From positions 63,093,992-63,157,991 of the forward strand of contig NC_068993.1 of the NCBI RefSeq assembly GCF_001194135.2: a stretch of DNA of 64,000 nt, given 5' to 3'. The position numbers were made by a program, and so were the translations under genes. Position 1 is the stretch's first letter. Every line of letters starts with the position of its first letter. Under the pieces are notes generated by a model that saw only the letters and a program-made list of their open reading frames with translations, did not search any database and was not told where the DNA came from. Shown here one piece after another: positions 27,301 through 40,400 of the stretch. The stretch comes from Octopus bimaculoides. Its lineage: Eukaryota.

Positions 27301-29959
27301 ACAAATTAAATGATGATGAATTCATACCAGGTGTAATTGTCAACTAAGAAACAATGTTATTGTCCAACCCTCACATTGGCCCTAATGAAGCAGACCTACA
27401 GCAAAATACATTTCAACCATGAGTCTTCCCTTCTCCCTTTGAGAGAGTATCTTTTGGCTATTTACGAGCAAACGTGAATACCACATTTAAGATAAGACAC
27501 AACACTCACCCACCACAACTCATTCATTGCTAGACAAAGTGTGTGCTTTGTCTAGCAATATTTAAACAGGTCTGTCTAAATATTGATTGCAAACTCTTTT
27601 AGTTGACTGTCCAGTTTAACCCGGTAGCATTTAATCTGGCCATATCTGGCTCAAACCGACCATATCTGGTCTTTCACACCTACCACACAATGTCATTCAA
27701 AAAATGAACAATCACATAAAAATCTCAAAGCTACAAAATAATGAGTGATTAATTCAAAACCATTTCATCTTGCCCCAGTCCACTCAGCTGTAAAGGAGTG
27801 TCCCTTGCAATGGACTGGCATCCCATCCAAGGGGAATGCTATGTTGTGATCTCAGTCCCTTGTCTTGGGAAACCAGATCACTGACCCTATGAGTCCTGGG
27901 ACTTGAGATAATGTCCAGAGGTTGAAAAAGAAGGAAAAACATTGGCATAAAGGAGGAGATTGTTATGACCATCATATGCTTGTTTCCTCAATGAGTTGAC
28001 TAAAACAAATTACTTTTGACCCCTTGTTGTCTCATGAACCAGAACATGACAGTCTAATACATCAGCCATTTTCATCACAAAAAAAAAAAAAAAAAGCAAA
28101 AACAGAACATAAATCAAAACCAGTTTTTATTCTAAAATATGAACATCTCTTCTGCTGTAGTCATCAACAATTTGTGTTTTTTATCCAGATATCTGGATAA
28201 AATATCCAGCCCAAATATTCTCTCCGTTTTATGTTCAAACTGGCCAGATCCAGCCTCTCACACCTATCCTACAATGTCATTCTAAAAATAAGCAACATTA
28301 AAATTTCAGAACCATGAGATAATGAATGATTAATTCAAAACAATGTGAATAAATAAGCAGAACATTTGACAGAGTAATCTGAACGCTAACGAGTTAACAA
28401 ATCTCAAGATCATAGGGATACAAACAACTCAGAAAACCATTAAATCAATTTGAAAGTGTATGATCATGGCCTCGATTTGTCACAAATGGCAACAAGATAA
28501 CTAGATGTGGTCCTACACCTATACAAAGAGAGTCATGTTTACAATTCTCCTTAGAAATTGCTTTGTTCTGTTCATTCAAGTAAGTTTTTGTATGTGAAAG
28601 GGATAGTTACTCTGCAAAATATTCAGGAAAACAGCAACTCTTGGACACCACTGTTTCAACATTATCATTTTATGATTCCTAAAAATGCAGATGAATTTCT
28701 GCTCAAAGATACACATCAAACCAACACAGATTTTCAGTTTAAAAATATAATTTCATGAATTCAAACATGAAAGGATAAATGAAGGCACTCTACAGAAAAA
28801 CATGATTCTATGAAAATATTTATTTAAAAGATTTTATTTTCTTTGTAGTACAAATAAGTTGGGGACTAAAGACCCAAGGTGATAACAGAACCCTCGCAAG
28901 CAACTGAGCAGTTATTAGTCTTGCAAATTACTTGGTAACCCTGTTGGTATTGGTGCCATGTAAAAAGCAGCCAATATACTCTGTAAAGTGGTTGGCATCC
29001 CGGTGCAGAAACCATGTCAAAACAACAAAATCTAGGGAAGCCCCCAGCTTTACCAGCTCCTATCAAACTGTCCAATCCATGCTGGTATGGAAAACGGACA
29101 TTAAATGATGATCCTAATGAGCTTGTTGCAGCATAACTGGGTTATATTTGCTAAACGGTCTCACAGAACTGGTTTGTAATTCCCACTTTCATGGTGCTAA
29201 GCAGAACAAAGATGTATGTCTCTCTCTCTCTCAATATGAATCTGGTCTATTACAGCCAACAATATCACTTGGAACCTATTTCTTGACACAGCTAAGTAAA
29301 CTAAGGCACAAAAAACTGACTCCACTTCAAATGAAGTATCTGTTGCATTTTGAAGTGCTGTCATTGGAAAAATTACACTCCAAGAATAGTCCATGTTCTC
29401 AATGAAGATGATCTGAACTAAAGAGTGGAGTTTTTTGAGTGGTTCTTGGTCAGATGTGCAGATGATACACACTTTCCAAAAAGATCGTTTGGAGAGATGA
29501 AGCTACATTTAAATTAACCCTTTGGCATTTAAACCAGTCTTATCAGATCGAAATATTTTATTGTATTGTTTAAACTGGCCAGATCTGGTTTATCATACCT
29601 ACTCTACAATGTCATCATAAAAATAAGCACATCATTGAAATATCTCAAAGCTCAGAGATTATGCAGGATTAATTCAAAACTGTGAATAAATATTACATTT
29701 GACAGAGTAATCGGCTAAATGATTCAATTAACTTCCTTAAATGGGGAACTTAGAATTTGCATGCTATGGAGGAATATCATGTTAATTTACCAGGAGTTAC
29801 AGTATTGTGAGGAATATCGGATTATTCTTCTCTGGTGCTACTTTGACTGGTCCCTTTTACTTGAACCTTTTGCAACAATCTGTCATGCTAAACATTCAAG
29901 AAGAATGTGTGTGTGTGACTTTACTTTGACATCACACAAATTGTAAACAAAAGCCCTGT

Positions 29960-30128
29960 TATTATTTACATTTGACGGATATTTGTCCTCATCTTGTTTG
30001 TTGTTAACATAACATTTCAGCTGGTATACCCTCCAGCCTTCATCAGGTGTCCTGGGGAAATTTCGAACCTGGGTTCTCATTCCTAAAGTATTTTTCAATG
30101 TTATTATTATTACTATTATTATTATTAT
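29960..30128 (-). mobile_element. Inverted, headless copy of the same SINE body
   Basis: Reverse complement of ~30271-30406 plus an (AAT)n spacer; joined head-to-head to the full copy. Confidence 0.8.
30006..30051 (-). ncRNA. Minimal type I hammerhead ribozyme motif, left copy (catalytic core intact)
   Basis: Minus strand reads GACAC-CTGATGA-A-GGCTGG-AGGGTATA-CCAGCT-GAAA-TG-TT-ATGTT, i.e. helix I 5', CUGAUGA core, 6-bp helix II, GAAA, minimal helix III, GUU cleavage triplet, helix I 3' (one mismatch). Confidence 0.7.
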
Positions 30129-30139
30129 GCATACGCACG

Positions 30140-30430
30140 GGCATATGGCGTAGTGGTTAAGAGTGCGGGCTACTAACCCCCAAGATTCTGAGTTCGATTC
30201 CAGGCAGTGACCTGAATAATAATAATAATAATAATAACAACAACAACAACCACCACCACCACCACAACAAAAAATACCTTCGGAATGAGAACCCAGGTTC
30301 GAAATTTCCCCAAGACACCTGATAAAGGCTGGAGGGTATATCAGCCAAAACATTGTGTTAACAACAAACAAAATGAGGACAAATATCTGTCAAATGTAAA
30401 TAATTCCTCATCTTTTAAATATAGAACTGT
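30140..30430 (+). mobile_element. tRNA-headed SINE with (AAT)n/(AAC)n/(CAC)n spacer and hammerhead-bearing 3' body
   Basis: A box TGGCGTAGTGG 30146-30156, B box GAGTTCGATTCC 30190-30201, microsatellite spacer 30214-30270, body 30271-30430. Confidence 0.75.
30314..30359 (+). ncRNA. Degenerate hammerhead motif, right copy (core mutated: CUGAUAA, AAAA)
   Basis: GACAC-CTGATAA-A-GGCTGG-AGGGTATA-TCAGCC-AAAA-CA-TT-GTGTT; helices I and II pair but G8 and G12 are lost. Confidence 0.6.
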
Positions 30431-30872
30431 AAAAGCCCTGTCAGTGGATTTGATAGAGAAACATTCATTGTGTGTGTGTGTGTTGACATCACATGATAGT
30501 TGCAAACAAAAGTCGCCCTCATTACAAGCAGTGACATTCATTTGCACTCTCCTATGAGAACATGTCCAGCCATGGGGGGAAATATTACCTGACAGGAAAG
30601 GCATCTAGCCATAAGAAATCTGCTTGAATATATTTTTTTTTGACCCACGCAAGCATGGAAAAGTAGATGTTAAAGTGATAATAATGTTGATTAATATATA
30701 TATATATATGTATGTATGTATACACACGACTTCCAAACAATGAGCAATATCAAAAACATTTAATTCCCCCTCGCATTTCGAACCTCCCCCCCCTTTCACA
30801 CACACACACACACACACATTTACACTTGTCTCTTTATCAAAACAATAACAAACACTTTTTGCCTTTTCATCA

Positions 30873-31452
30873 TTAAGTGTCTGGTTTCTTATCTTCACTC
30901 TTTTCACAAGTATTTTTTTCAGTATCAGCTTTCATATCCTTAGCCTCAGAATTCTTATCATCACCACCATCATTATCATCATCACCACCTGCATCATCAT
31001 CATCATCATCAATATCAACATCATCATCACTAATGTCATCTTCATCGCTGTCTGAAATCTCTATAGACTCTTCATCTGTCTCCCTGGCTCTTCTCTTTTT
31101 GCTCTGCTCATTTTCACTGCCAGCATTCTCAATGTCGCTCATATCAGTGAAACTCTCTGATTCACTGTCGCTGTCAGGATTCACAGAAGTATTAACAGAA
31201 AGTTCATTCCCAAAATCCGCAAAGAAGTTGTCTTCTTTATTCAAGGGATTCATACGACTCGATTTCTTGGCTTTCTCCTGGATATTCACCTCAACATCCG
31301 ACAGAATGTCCAGGTTCCAAAACTTAACAGTCTGGTCATGAGAACAACTAGCCAGGAACTTTTTGTCTCGAGACAAACTCAAGTTCTCCACTGGAAAGTC
31401 AGCATGTCGCCCAAGCACTCCAAGAAATCGGTTTGGTAAAATATGTACAGCT
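30873..31452 (-). CDS. WDR55: WDR55 terminal exon with long acidic tail
   Basis: ttgcag acceptor; AVHILPNRF...KFWNLD...DKKPDT*. Confidence 0.94.
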
Positions 31453-34400
31453 CTGCAATGGAGAAAAAAAAAAGAAAAGTCATTTATTAAGAAACAGATT
31501 TCGAGATTTTACGAACAACCAGAAAGAAAGAAAGAGAGAGAGAGAGGGGGAGAGATAATGAGATCCTTTATGATACACAGGTTTGTAAGGGGAGAGTGGT
31601 TGTTATTGTATCCCTAGCTCAGCCCTGAGCAAAGAGACCCACAGCATACAGATGCCCAGGTGATTGTAAAGCCAGGTAGGCCATATCTCCATCTGTTTGA
31701 CGACCATTCAACACACTTTATTACAGAACTGGCGGAATTGTTAGCAGATCAGGCAAAATGTTTAGCAGCATTCTGTCCATCTTTAAGTTCTGGGTTCAAA
31801 TTCCACTGAGATTGCCTTTGCCTTTCATCCTTCCAGGGTTGATAGAATAAGTAGCAGCTGAATACTGAGGATGAAGATGGAGAAGGAATTTAAACCTCAC
31901 CAATATATTTTAGAAGCAAGAGGGCTGATACGTGTCAGTCTTGAGAACTCCAGCCCTACATATTATCCAAATGTGTCCTTCTTAAAACATAAGGGTGTGA
32001 TTTAAGAGAGATTTGGTACATAGAAAACCCTGGTGCTGTGTTGCAGTCTCAGCATGTTGTATAGACTCTCCAAGTTCTGTCTGCTTCTAGAAGTCAGAAG
32101 AATTTGGCAATGGTTACAATGGCATTTCAGTCATGATTATCTTTTATTCAAACATATTTTAAAGATGGCGCTGTATTATTTGAGGATGACTGTTATGATG
32201 TGGTGTTTTCCACACTTATAATGTGCAGCCACTGTTGTGACTGTAGCTGTTGTATCTACTCTAGTAGCCACGATATTCTCTTAGAATCGGATACAGTGTA
32301 TCTCTTCTGTACCAAAATGGTAATACACTGCTTCGTCTATCATGCTGTCATTGATAGCTCTGCAAGACAGCGAATTTGAACCGTCTACTTTGACTGTGAC
32401 TCAAATGCGACTCTAACACGTAACTGAAACTTAACTCCAACTGAGAATTCATACAACTCTACAACGACTGACACACAACTCCCCGAACTGGTTGACGTCA
32501 TCTCAATTTATAGTGGCTGTGTCATACCACTTGTCCCATGGGAAGGGTGTACCATTTCCATTACAACAATGACTTAGCTGCTACTTCTGTTAACTCAAGA
32601 GATTGCATAAGAGCTATATTTAGACCAACTTACCTGACAGCTCCATCCAGAGAACCAGTACAAATGATGTCTTCAGAAATGGGACAAATACAATCAATGG
32701 ACATCGGATGACCTGGGAATCGGTCACAGAGATTTCCAAATTCACTCCAGTTGAAAAGATTCAAGACTCCTTCTCCAGTGCCACAAACAACTTTACGCCC
32801 ATTCTACATTAATAATAATGATAATAAAAAAAAAAAAACAATTAACTTTCAGAATCACAGACAAGGAAGATGATAGATTCAATTCCACTGCAACTACCCC
32901 ACCTTTGTATTTCTGAGCGAGAAACTAAAATCTGCGTTTGCATCAGCTTCTCGCAGCTGTAAGGGAGGTAAGTATCAAAGTTTCTGGGATAAAATATTTC
33001 CTGAGGAAGTTACCATCATCAAACTGGCACCTATTCAGGCATTAGTCTACATGAAGCAACAGAAACCAGAATAGAAGGCCAGCACTATAAATCCTCACAA
33101 TTCCTGAAATGCCAGAGTTATTAAACACAGCTCCGACGGAGGTAGGAAACCACAGTGGGTAAAATACTAATCTTTTAATACACAGGAGTAGTGAGTTCAT
33201 ATGCTGACACTGTACAAGAGCCACAAGACTGTGACATCCTCCTCCCTCTCTGAAACTACTTGGCCTGATTCCAGAGACAGACACAGAGAAGGAGAGAGGT
33301 GGGGGAGAGAAATGCACTTGGAGCTTAAGCACAGAATTAAAAATCTAAATTAATCACTTTAGATTGGGGAACCTCTCCAAGGTGAGTTGCTACTTCTCCA
33401 GATTGAGAGGTTTCAGTTCCTGTATAAGAACACATGATTAGAATGTTGCAGAAAAGATTCACAGGATGGAATCTTCACACCAAGCCAACTGGCAGGAAAC
33501 CTAAGGTTGGATCATAGGTGAGATGGTTGGATAACATCCATAGTCTTAGTTGATCATGTTTGGGAATCCAGTAGGAAAGTGTGTAATGACAGTTGCTTCT
33601 GATTGGATACTATGAAGGAGACACCTGAGGATTCTGCCCCCACGATTCTCCCAGGAATAATGAGCAGAGAAGATGGATGGATTAACCAGCAGGTTGGTAG
33701 GTTTCGTTATGACAAGATGAAGTCTGTTCATAGAAAAATGAGAATTTCAGTCTTATTGATGTCCTAATGTAATGACCTCTACTATATCACGTCTTCACCT
33801 CCTACACATACACATACACAGTGAATACTTGTTAATTCTGATTTCTTTATTTCTGGTAAATTATGTGCTGATATCAAATCTAAACCTCTACAAAAACTCA
33901 CAACATAAAAAAAAACAACTGTTGTGTCTTCATCCAATGAAATCAAACTTACCTTAATTATAGCAACCGATAGCAGTTCAGAATCAAAAAGTTCAGACTG
34001 AAGTTCCAGTCGTTTGCGACGCACATTCAGAGCAGTAAGAGTTCCTTCACCTGAAGCAGCCAACAGGATTTTATGGGCATCGTCAATGGACATGCCACTT
34101 ATGAATTCTTCACAGCATTTTAATTCCATGGATGCTTCTTTGGCTCTTAGATCCCACACCTACATGGAAGGAAGAGATAAGACAGAAAAAAAGAAAATAT
34201 AACTATTACATTATCATCATCATCATCATTAAACGTCCATTTCCCATGCTGGCATGGGTTAGACAGAAGCTGACAAGCCAGAAAGCTGTAAGAGGTTCCA
34301 GTTATATGGTTTGGCACTTACTTTTTTGTTTCTACAGCTGGTTCAGTCCCACTACATGGCACCTTGGGCAAGTGTCTTCTACTATAGCCTCAGGTCGACC

Positions 34401-37400
34401 AAAGCCTTGTGAATGGATTTGGTAGATGGAAACTGAAAGAATCCCGTCGTGTATATATTTATATGTACGTGTGTGTATATGTTTGTGCCTGTGATTGTCC
34501 CCACAACATTGCTTGACAATCGATGCCAGTGTGTTTACGTCCCCATAACTTAGTGGTTCGGCAAAAGAGGCCAAAAGAATGAGTACTAGGCTTAGAAAGA
34601 ATAAGTCCTAAGGTCGATTTGCTCGATTAAAGGCAGTGCTCCAGCATGACCGCAGTTAAATGACTGAAACAAGTAAAAAAATAAACAGAACGCATTCCGT
34701 ACTACTCGAACATAGGTAAGATACTCAGCATTCACTGTTCAACTACCGACTGTTAAACCAACACACGGTCAAACTAACACCTTCAACTACTCCCACTGAC
34801 AATTTACCTTAAACAAGTCAGTCATCTCACCAGTGTCTCAGATGGATGGTCATGTATCCAGAACAGCCCTTAATTATTCTAATATCCTATAAATAATGAA
34901 TCTCAAATATTTCAACAGATTTGTCATTACTTACCTGAGTAATATAGGTGTGGCTATCTACACCTGTTGTAAGACTTGCGAATTAAAGATAGTTTTAGAC
35001 AAAATTAAACAACTTTCCTAAAATACCTTTACTTTCTTATCTCATCAGTAAGAGAGAAGGCCAGGCTAAAACATCAAAACAGTCACTTAATTAAGAGATT
35101 AGTAGCAGGCAATAAGTTACCTTAACAGTTCCGTCATCGTCTCCAGAAGCCAGAAAATGGTCACCCAACAGAAGTAAGCTGTAAATTGCTGACCTGGAAA
35201 GGAATGAAAAGTTGCTCTTTTTAGAAACATCATATTAAATAAAAGAAGAAAGTATTGTGAGTTAGAGATGGAGTACAGGCAAGTCTGGTTGGGGTGGGTT
35301 TGTTTTCAACCCTAACCACAACAAGTAATGAACTTGTGTCTTAATTAAAAAGCACTATCAAAATTTCTTGAATGTAATTTTTGCAAAGCAATAGAATTAC
35401 TTATCAAATATGAATTTAGCATTAAAAAAACATGTTTTGGTTAAATTAATACCATATTTTCCAGCATCAATGTAGTATATAGTGTAAACAATCGAACATC
35501 ATCATTATCTTTGCAAATCTTATGCATTTCACATGGAATCTTTAATCCTCCAAAGTTGCCTTGGTTTATGAGTCAACCCATATTTTTTAGCTGTAAATTT
35601 ATTTTGAAAAATTTGATTTGTATGAAGGAAAATGTGGTAATTATTATATTCTATCCAGCATTTTTTTTAAAACTGTTCATGCACTGCACAAGAATATATA
35701 TACAACAGGATTTCACACAGTTTCCATCTACCAAATCTACTTACAAGGCTTTGGTTAGTCTCAGGCCATAGTAAAAGACACTTGCTGAAGGTGCCACACA
35801 ATAGGGCCAAACCCAAAACCATGATTGGAAAGCAAGCCTCTGCATTGCTCCTGTATCATTGATCCCCTTTTAAACAAAGTAAAACAACTGAATTATGAAC
35901 CCTAGAGATTAATCATGGGAAAAACTGTAATCTGTGTGATTTTGTGAATGACATGCCAATGGAAAAAATTACCTCTAATTCTATTAGTAGTGTAGGTCAC
36001 CTGATGACGAACCATGTCTCAAAAAAGGTTGCCCATGCCTGCTACAGACAATCACAGACAACTAATATCAAAAATTTAAAGTGACTGAAAGGCAATGAGC
36101 TGGCAGAATCTTTAGCATGTCAGGCAAGAGGCTTTGTCGCATCTCCTTCATCGTTACATTCTGAGTTCAAATTCCACCGAGGTCAACTTTGCCTTTCATC
36201 CTTTCAGGGATGATAAAATAAGTACAAGATAAACACTGGGGTCAATGAACACAACTAATCCCCTCCACAGAAACTGCTGGCCTTGTGCCAAAATTTGAAA
36301 CCAATGATTTGAAATGACTGAAATCTAAATGGTTAGCAATGATAAAAGTAAGTAATGTGGTGGATTAAGCTGTTCTAAATTAGCACCAGTTCATAATGAA
36401 ATTAGCAACATTACATGTGATGACCATAATTACTTACTCATGGGCTGTTTTCTTGTGCCAGGTGACAGCACCAGTATTCATATCTACAGCTGCAACTGAC
36501 TTGTCTTTGGAACCGCTGTACAAGATGTTGCCATCAGACGAGAACTGTATGCATCGACATGACTTCTTGTGGTGCTCCAGCAGCAGAAGATCTTGGTTGT
36601 CGCCTTCAACTGAATAGGAATGCCTGGGGATAGAACAAAAGACATTTTCTGAGGTGAGATCAAGAGATGGAGTACATGCAAATAGCTATTGGGGAAAACT
36701 GGGGTACTATAGCCTAGTGATGACCCTTTTGATATCAACCCACCTGAGACTGCCCTTGCTTTTATGACAGAGACTTCCTATTTTAAGGCATTCTAAATTA
36801 AAACCTGCCATCAAAATTCCCTGTTAATTTATGTTCCAAACACCACTGTCATCATATAATGTTGCTATGGCGAAGATAGGATTAATGTGAAGACAAGCAA
36901 AGACAAACACATACACACATACGCATGCATGACTGGATTCTATACAGTTTCTGTCAACAAACTTTCAATCCCAAGACACAAATCAACTCAAAGACATCTG
37001 TTCAAAGTGCAATGCAGCGAACTTCTTAATACTTATGTGTCTGTTATTAAATCAACAGCAGTAAATAAATGGTCATTGTAATGCAGTGTATCAATAAAGA
37101 GGCAGCAGTGAGCAGGCAGAATCGGTAACACAGCGGACAAAATGCTTAGCAGCATTTCATGTCTTTACATTCTGAGATCAGATTCTGCTGAGCTCAACTT
37201 TGCCTTTCAGGATCAATAAGTAACAGTTGAGCACTGGAGTTAATGTAATCAACTTAACATACCACCTAGCCCGAAATTGCTGGCCTTGTGCCAAAATTTG
37301 AAACCAATATGGTAGAAGATAAATATGACTAATATGTGTATGTGTGAATGTTTGTACAGAGAAGATATTTGTTATTTACAGAGAGACATCTCCTCCTATG

Positions 37401-40400
37401 TGAGCTGCTGCAATAACATCTTTCACTGGGTTGAAGCAAACATCAACCACAACATCACTCAATGAGATGGCCTTGGGTTTCAGATCTCCCTAAATAAAGA
37501 AAATATAAAACAGAATTTATCATTAAAAAAATCATTGACATTTATGACAATAACATCATTATGTTGATACATGAAACAAAGCATTTACGACAAAAGCTGA
37601 AGTGAAAATGGAAACCGGTCAGACAAACATAGAGACAGCCTGAGTTATGTACCTTGCTAAGTTATACAGAAAAGAGTAACATTGCCGAGTTAGACTAGAA
37701 GACACACTATTAGTATATTTTTATCTAATTAAACAATGTAAATGCTTTCGCGTATAACTGTGAATGAGCAGTCATGGATACTATAGCCTAGTGATGACCC
37801 TTTATTCTGATTGGATGATTTATCCAGTCAGAAAGAATAATTTCCCCCATTAGCCATTCATTTGCCTATATCTACCACAGAACATTTATATAAAAGATGG
37901 TTCTAGCAACTGATACAAATGGCATGTTTGTATTTGGAAATAAAATACAATGCTTAATTCTGATCAAAGTTTTTATCTCCAGATGTTGACAGATGAGAAG
38001 ACAAATCTCCCACAGAAGTTTAGAATGACTAAACTACTGGGGTTTTATAAGAACAGTATAATCAAGTTGAAACTAACTCTGCAAGGCACAATACTAAACA
38101 CTGTTGTGCTGCAATATTTCATTGGAATTGTCAATTTCTGCAACAAGTGTTTTAAAAATAGTCGGACTGTGAATAAAACAAACACAAAATAAAACATCAA
38201 AAGGAGTGTGTGCGTGTGTGAATTAAATGCTGAGTTCCTAATCTGATTTTAATTTCCACTGAGGATATTTGTTTGATCCTTTGATTTAAAATTTATAATC
38301 TCAAATCTGGTAACAAATTATAAATACCCATCATACTGTATATGTTAAACAGAGGCACCACCAAAATACTTTGTTCAGAGTAAGCCAGCCTAATGGGCTC
38401 TGACTTTTCTCAATAAATACCCACTGGAGACGTTAAATTCTGCATTGGTACTCAAGCCTTTCCCATTACCTGTGCGATTTTCAAAATAATCAAGAATTGG
38501 TAGTAATCTAGTGAAATAACTTTTTCAGAATGCAGAAAATTTTTTTTAAAACCTTTATATTTTGAGTGCAAACGCCCATCTTCAGAAGAATGCAGCCAAG
38601 GAAATGTATATATACATAGATCCTGTTATTTTTTTTTTATCTAGTAGACAAAAAGTTCTAACATAAAATTCTGATAGAAGGTTTAAACAAGATTTTGTAT
38701 GATAGAACCAGAGGTGATTTCAGATACTGGCCTTCGTGCCATTGGCATGTAAAAGCACCCACTACACTCCCGGAGTGGTCGGCGTTAGGAAAGGCATCCA
38801 GCTGTAGAAACTCTGCCAAATCAGATTGGAGCCTGGTGTAGCCATCTGGTTCACCAGTCCTCAGTCAAATCGTCCAACCCATGCTAGGATGGAAAGCGGA
38901 CGTTAAACGATGATCATCATCAGCAGCAACAACAACAAAAAAGTTTAATCAAAGACGAGGCTATTTTACAGTGAATCATTTCTACATTGCAGTACATATA
39001 CACAGCTGAGTGAAGTGAGGCAGTTCAGGCTTAGGTGTGATGGTCATATGATGCAGTACTAAGAGATATAACCAGCTGGAACTCCGAGTTTCTTGTCTTG
39101 TACCCTTTACACCTCTTGCTGTTACCTTACAGATGAGTAAACAGTATGTTAAGTAGGTCTTTATTAACTGTGAAGTACTAATTACAACAAAACCTGCCAA
39201 TTCTAAAACGTACAGAAGCATGCAACCAATACTTGTATGTGAGGAATCCTATTCATATGTGAACATGTTTCTGCGTCTAAAGGCACAAATGTGTGTGTGA
39301 GAGAATAAACACATAGCTGAATGTAATTATCCTTAACAGCAGTTAATAGGATTATCAGATTTTGCAAAAAAAGATTAATATCACAATGGCTATTTGCACA
39401 TCCTATCTATAACACATACGTAATCGAATTTTAAATATTCTAGTGCTTTAACTAACCAAATAAATTGCATCATTACAGTGTAAAAAATACTTGTTTAAAT
39501 ACGATATTGCTTGCTTATACAAATCTAAAACCTGAACATTCTTTTTTTCTTTTTGGTCATGAGAAACAGAGAGATATGATGCCCGTGATAGAATATTAAT
39601 AGAATATTTTGGTTAGTTTAGAGTGAGCCTACGTATCTGACAAAGTAGTGAGAACATTTTAAAATATTTTTTTCGTTAAAAATGAAGAAAGTAAAGAAAG
39701 AATGATCTAAATTTTTATTTTCGGTTATTACTCCATAACTACGGAGTCCTCTTTTCTCTTCTAATTTCGATCCTTTTTAACGGATGACGGATTTTCCCTT
39801 TTAAAATGTTGAGGTTTTGGGGGTTTTTTCTTGCCAAGCACTGAGATTTAATATTTCAATAGAGATTTATACGATTTATGATTTTCTCAATCAAGTTGAA
39901 GACTAAAACGAAGTAGATTGTTCCAATCAAGAATTGAAACATCAGTTTACGAGTTCAATCCACCTATCTTTAGACAAAGCATCGTTTATAATAGATACAA
40001 CTTCAACACTGAAGGCAGTGGGAGCCATGTGAAACTAACATGCAATGTTGATTTCAAGCTGATTTCCTATGGTGGACTGATCAACACAAAGAAACTTCTC
40101 CACTTCATTTTCCCAAATATATACAAGAACTTGTAGGATCACAGACAGTTCGATCTAAAGACAACACCAAAGATATAAAGCCACATCTAATCATATTAGA
40201 ATGACAACAGCAAAACAAAAGTTCGGAGATGATCGCACCTGGCGATGTTTACATTTTCATATTCATCTCGTCCGACCACGTTGGGGTTCATGTGTTCAGC
40301 AAGAAACACTGGCGATCTCAGACGAGACACAATAACTAAATGGCAGTGTGACATTTGAAACACAAGTGTTATTTCTCTAAATAAAATAACTAATTAAGTT

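Noticed and set aside
30140-30213. tRNA gene calls for the tRNA-like heads (also 54664, 57175)
   Set aside because: A/B boxes are present, but there is no paired acceptor stem or proper cloverleaf; they continue into SINE bodies.
30877-31341. 154-aa Ser-rich + ORF
   Set aside because: Antisense shadow of the WDR55 acidic tail.
32943-33022. Possible box C/D snoRNA in a WDR55 intron (minus: TTGATGA...CTGA, ~80 nt)
   Set aside because: Imperfect box C, weak terminal stem, and no guide complementarity that I could recognise. snoScan/snoReport would be needed.
36001-36030. Other CTGATGA hits (36001, ~9147, ~15038, ~62576) as hammerheads
   Set aside because: No helix II hairpin followed by GAAA and no helix I complement.
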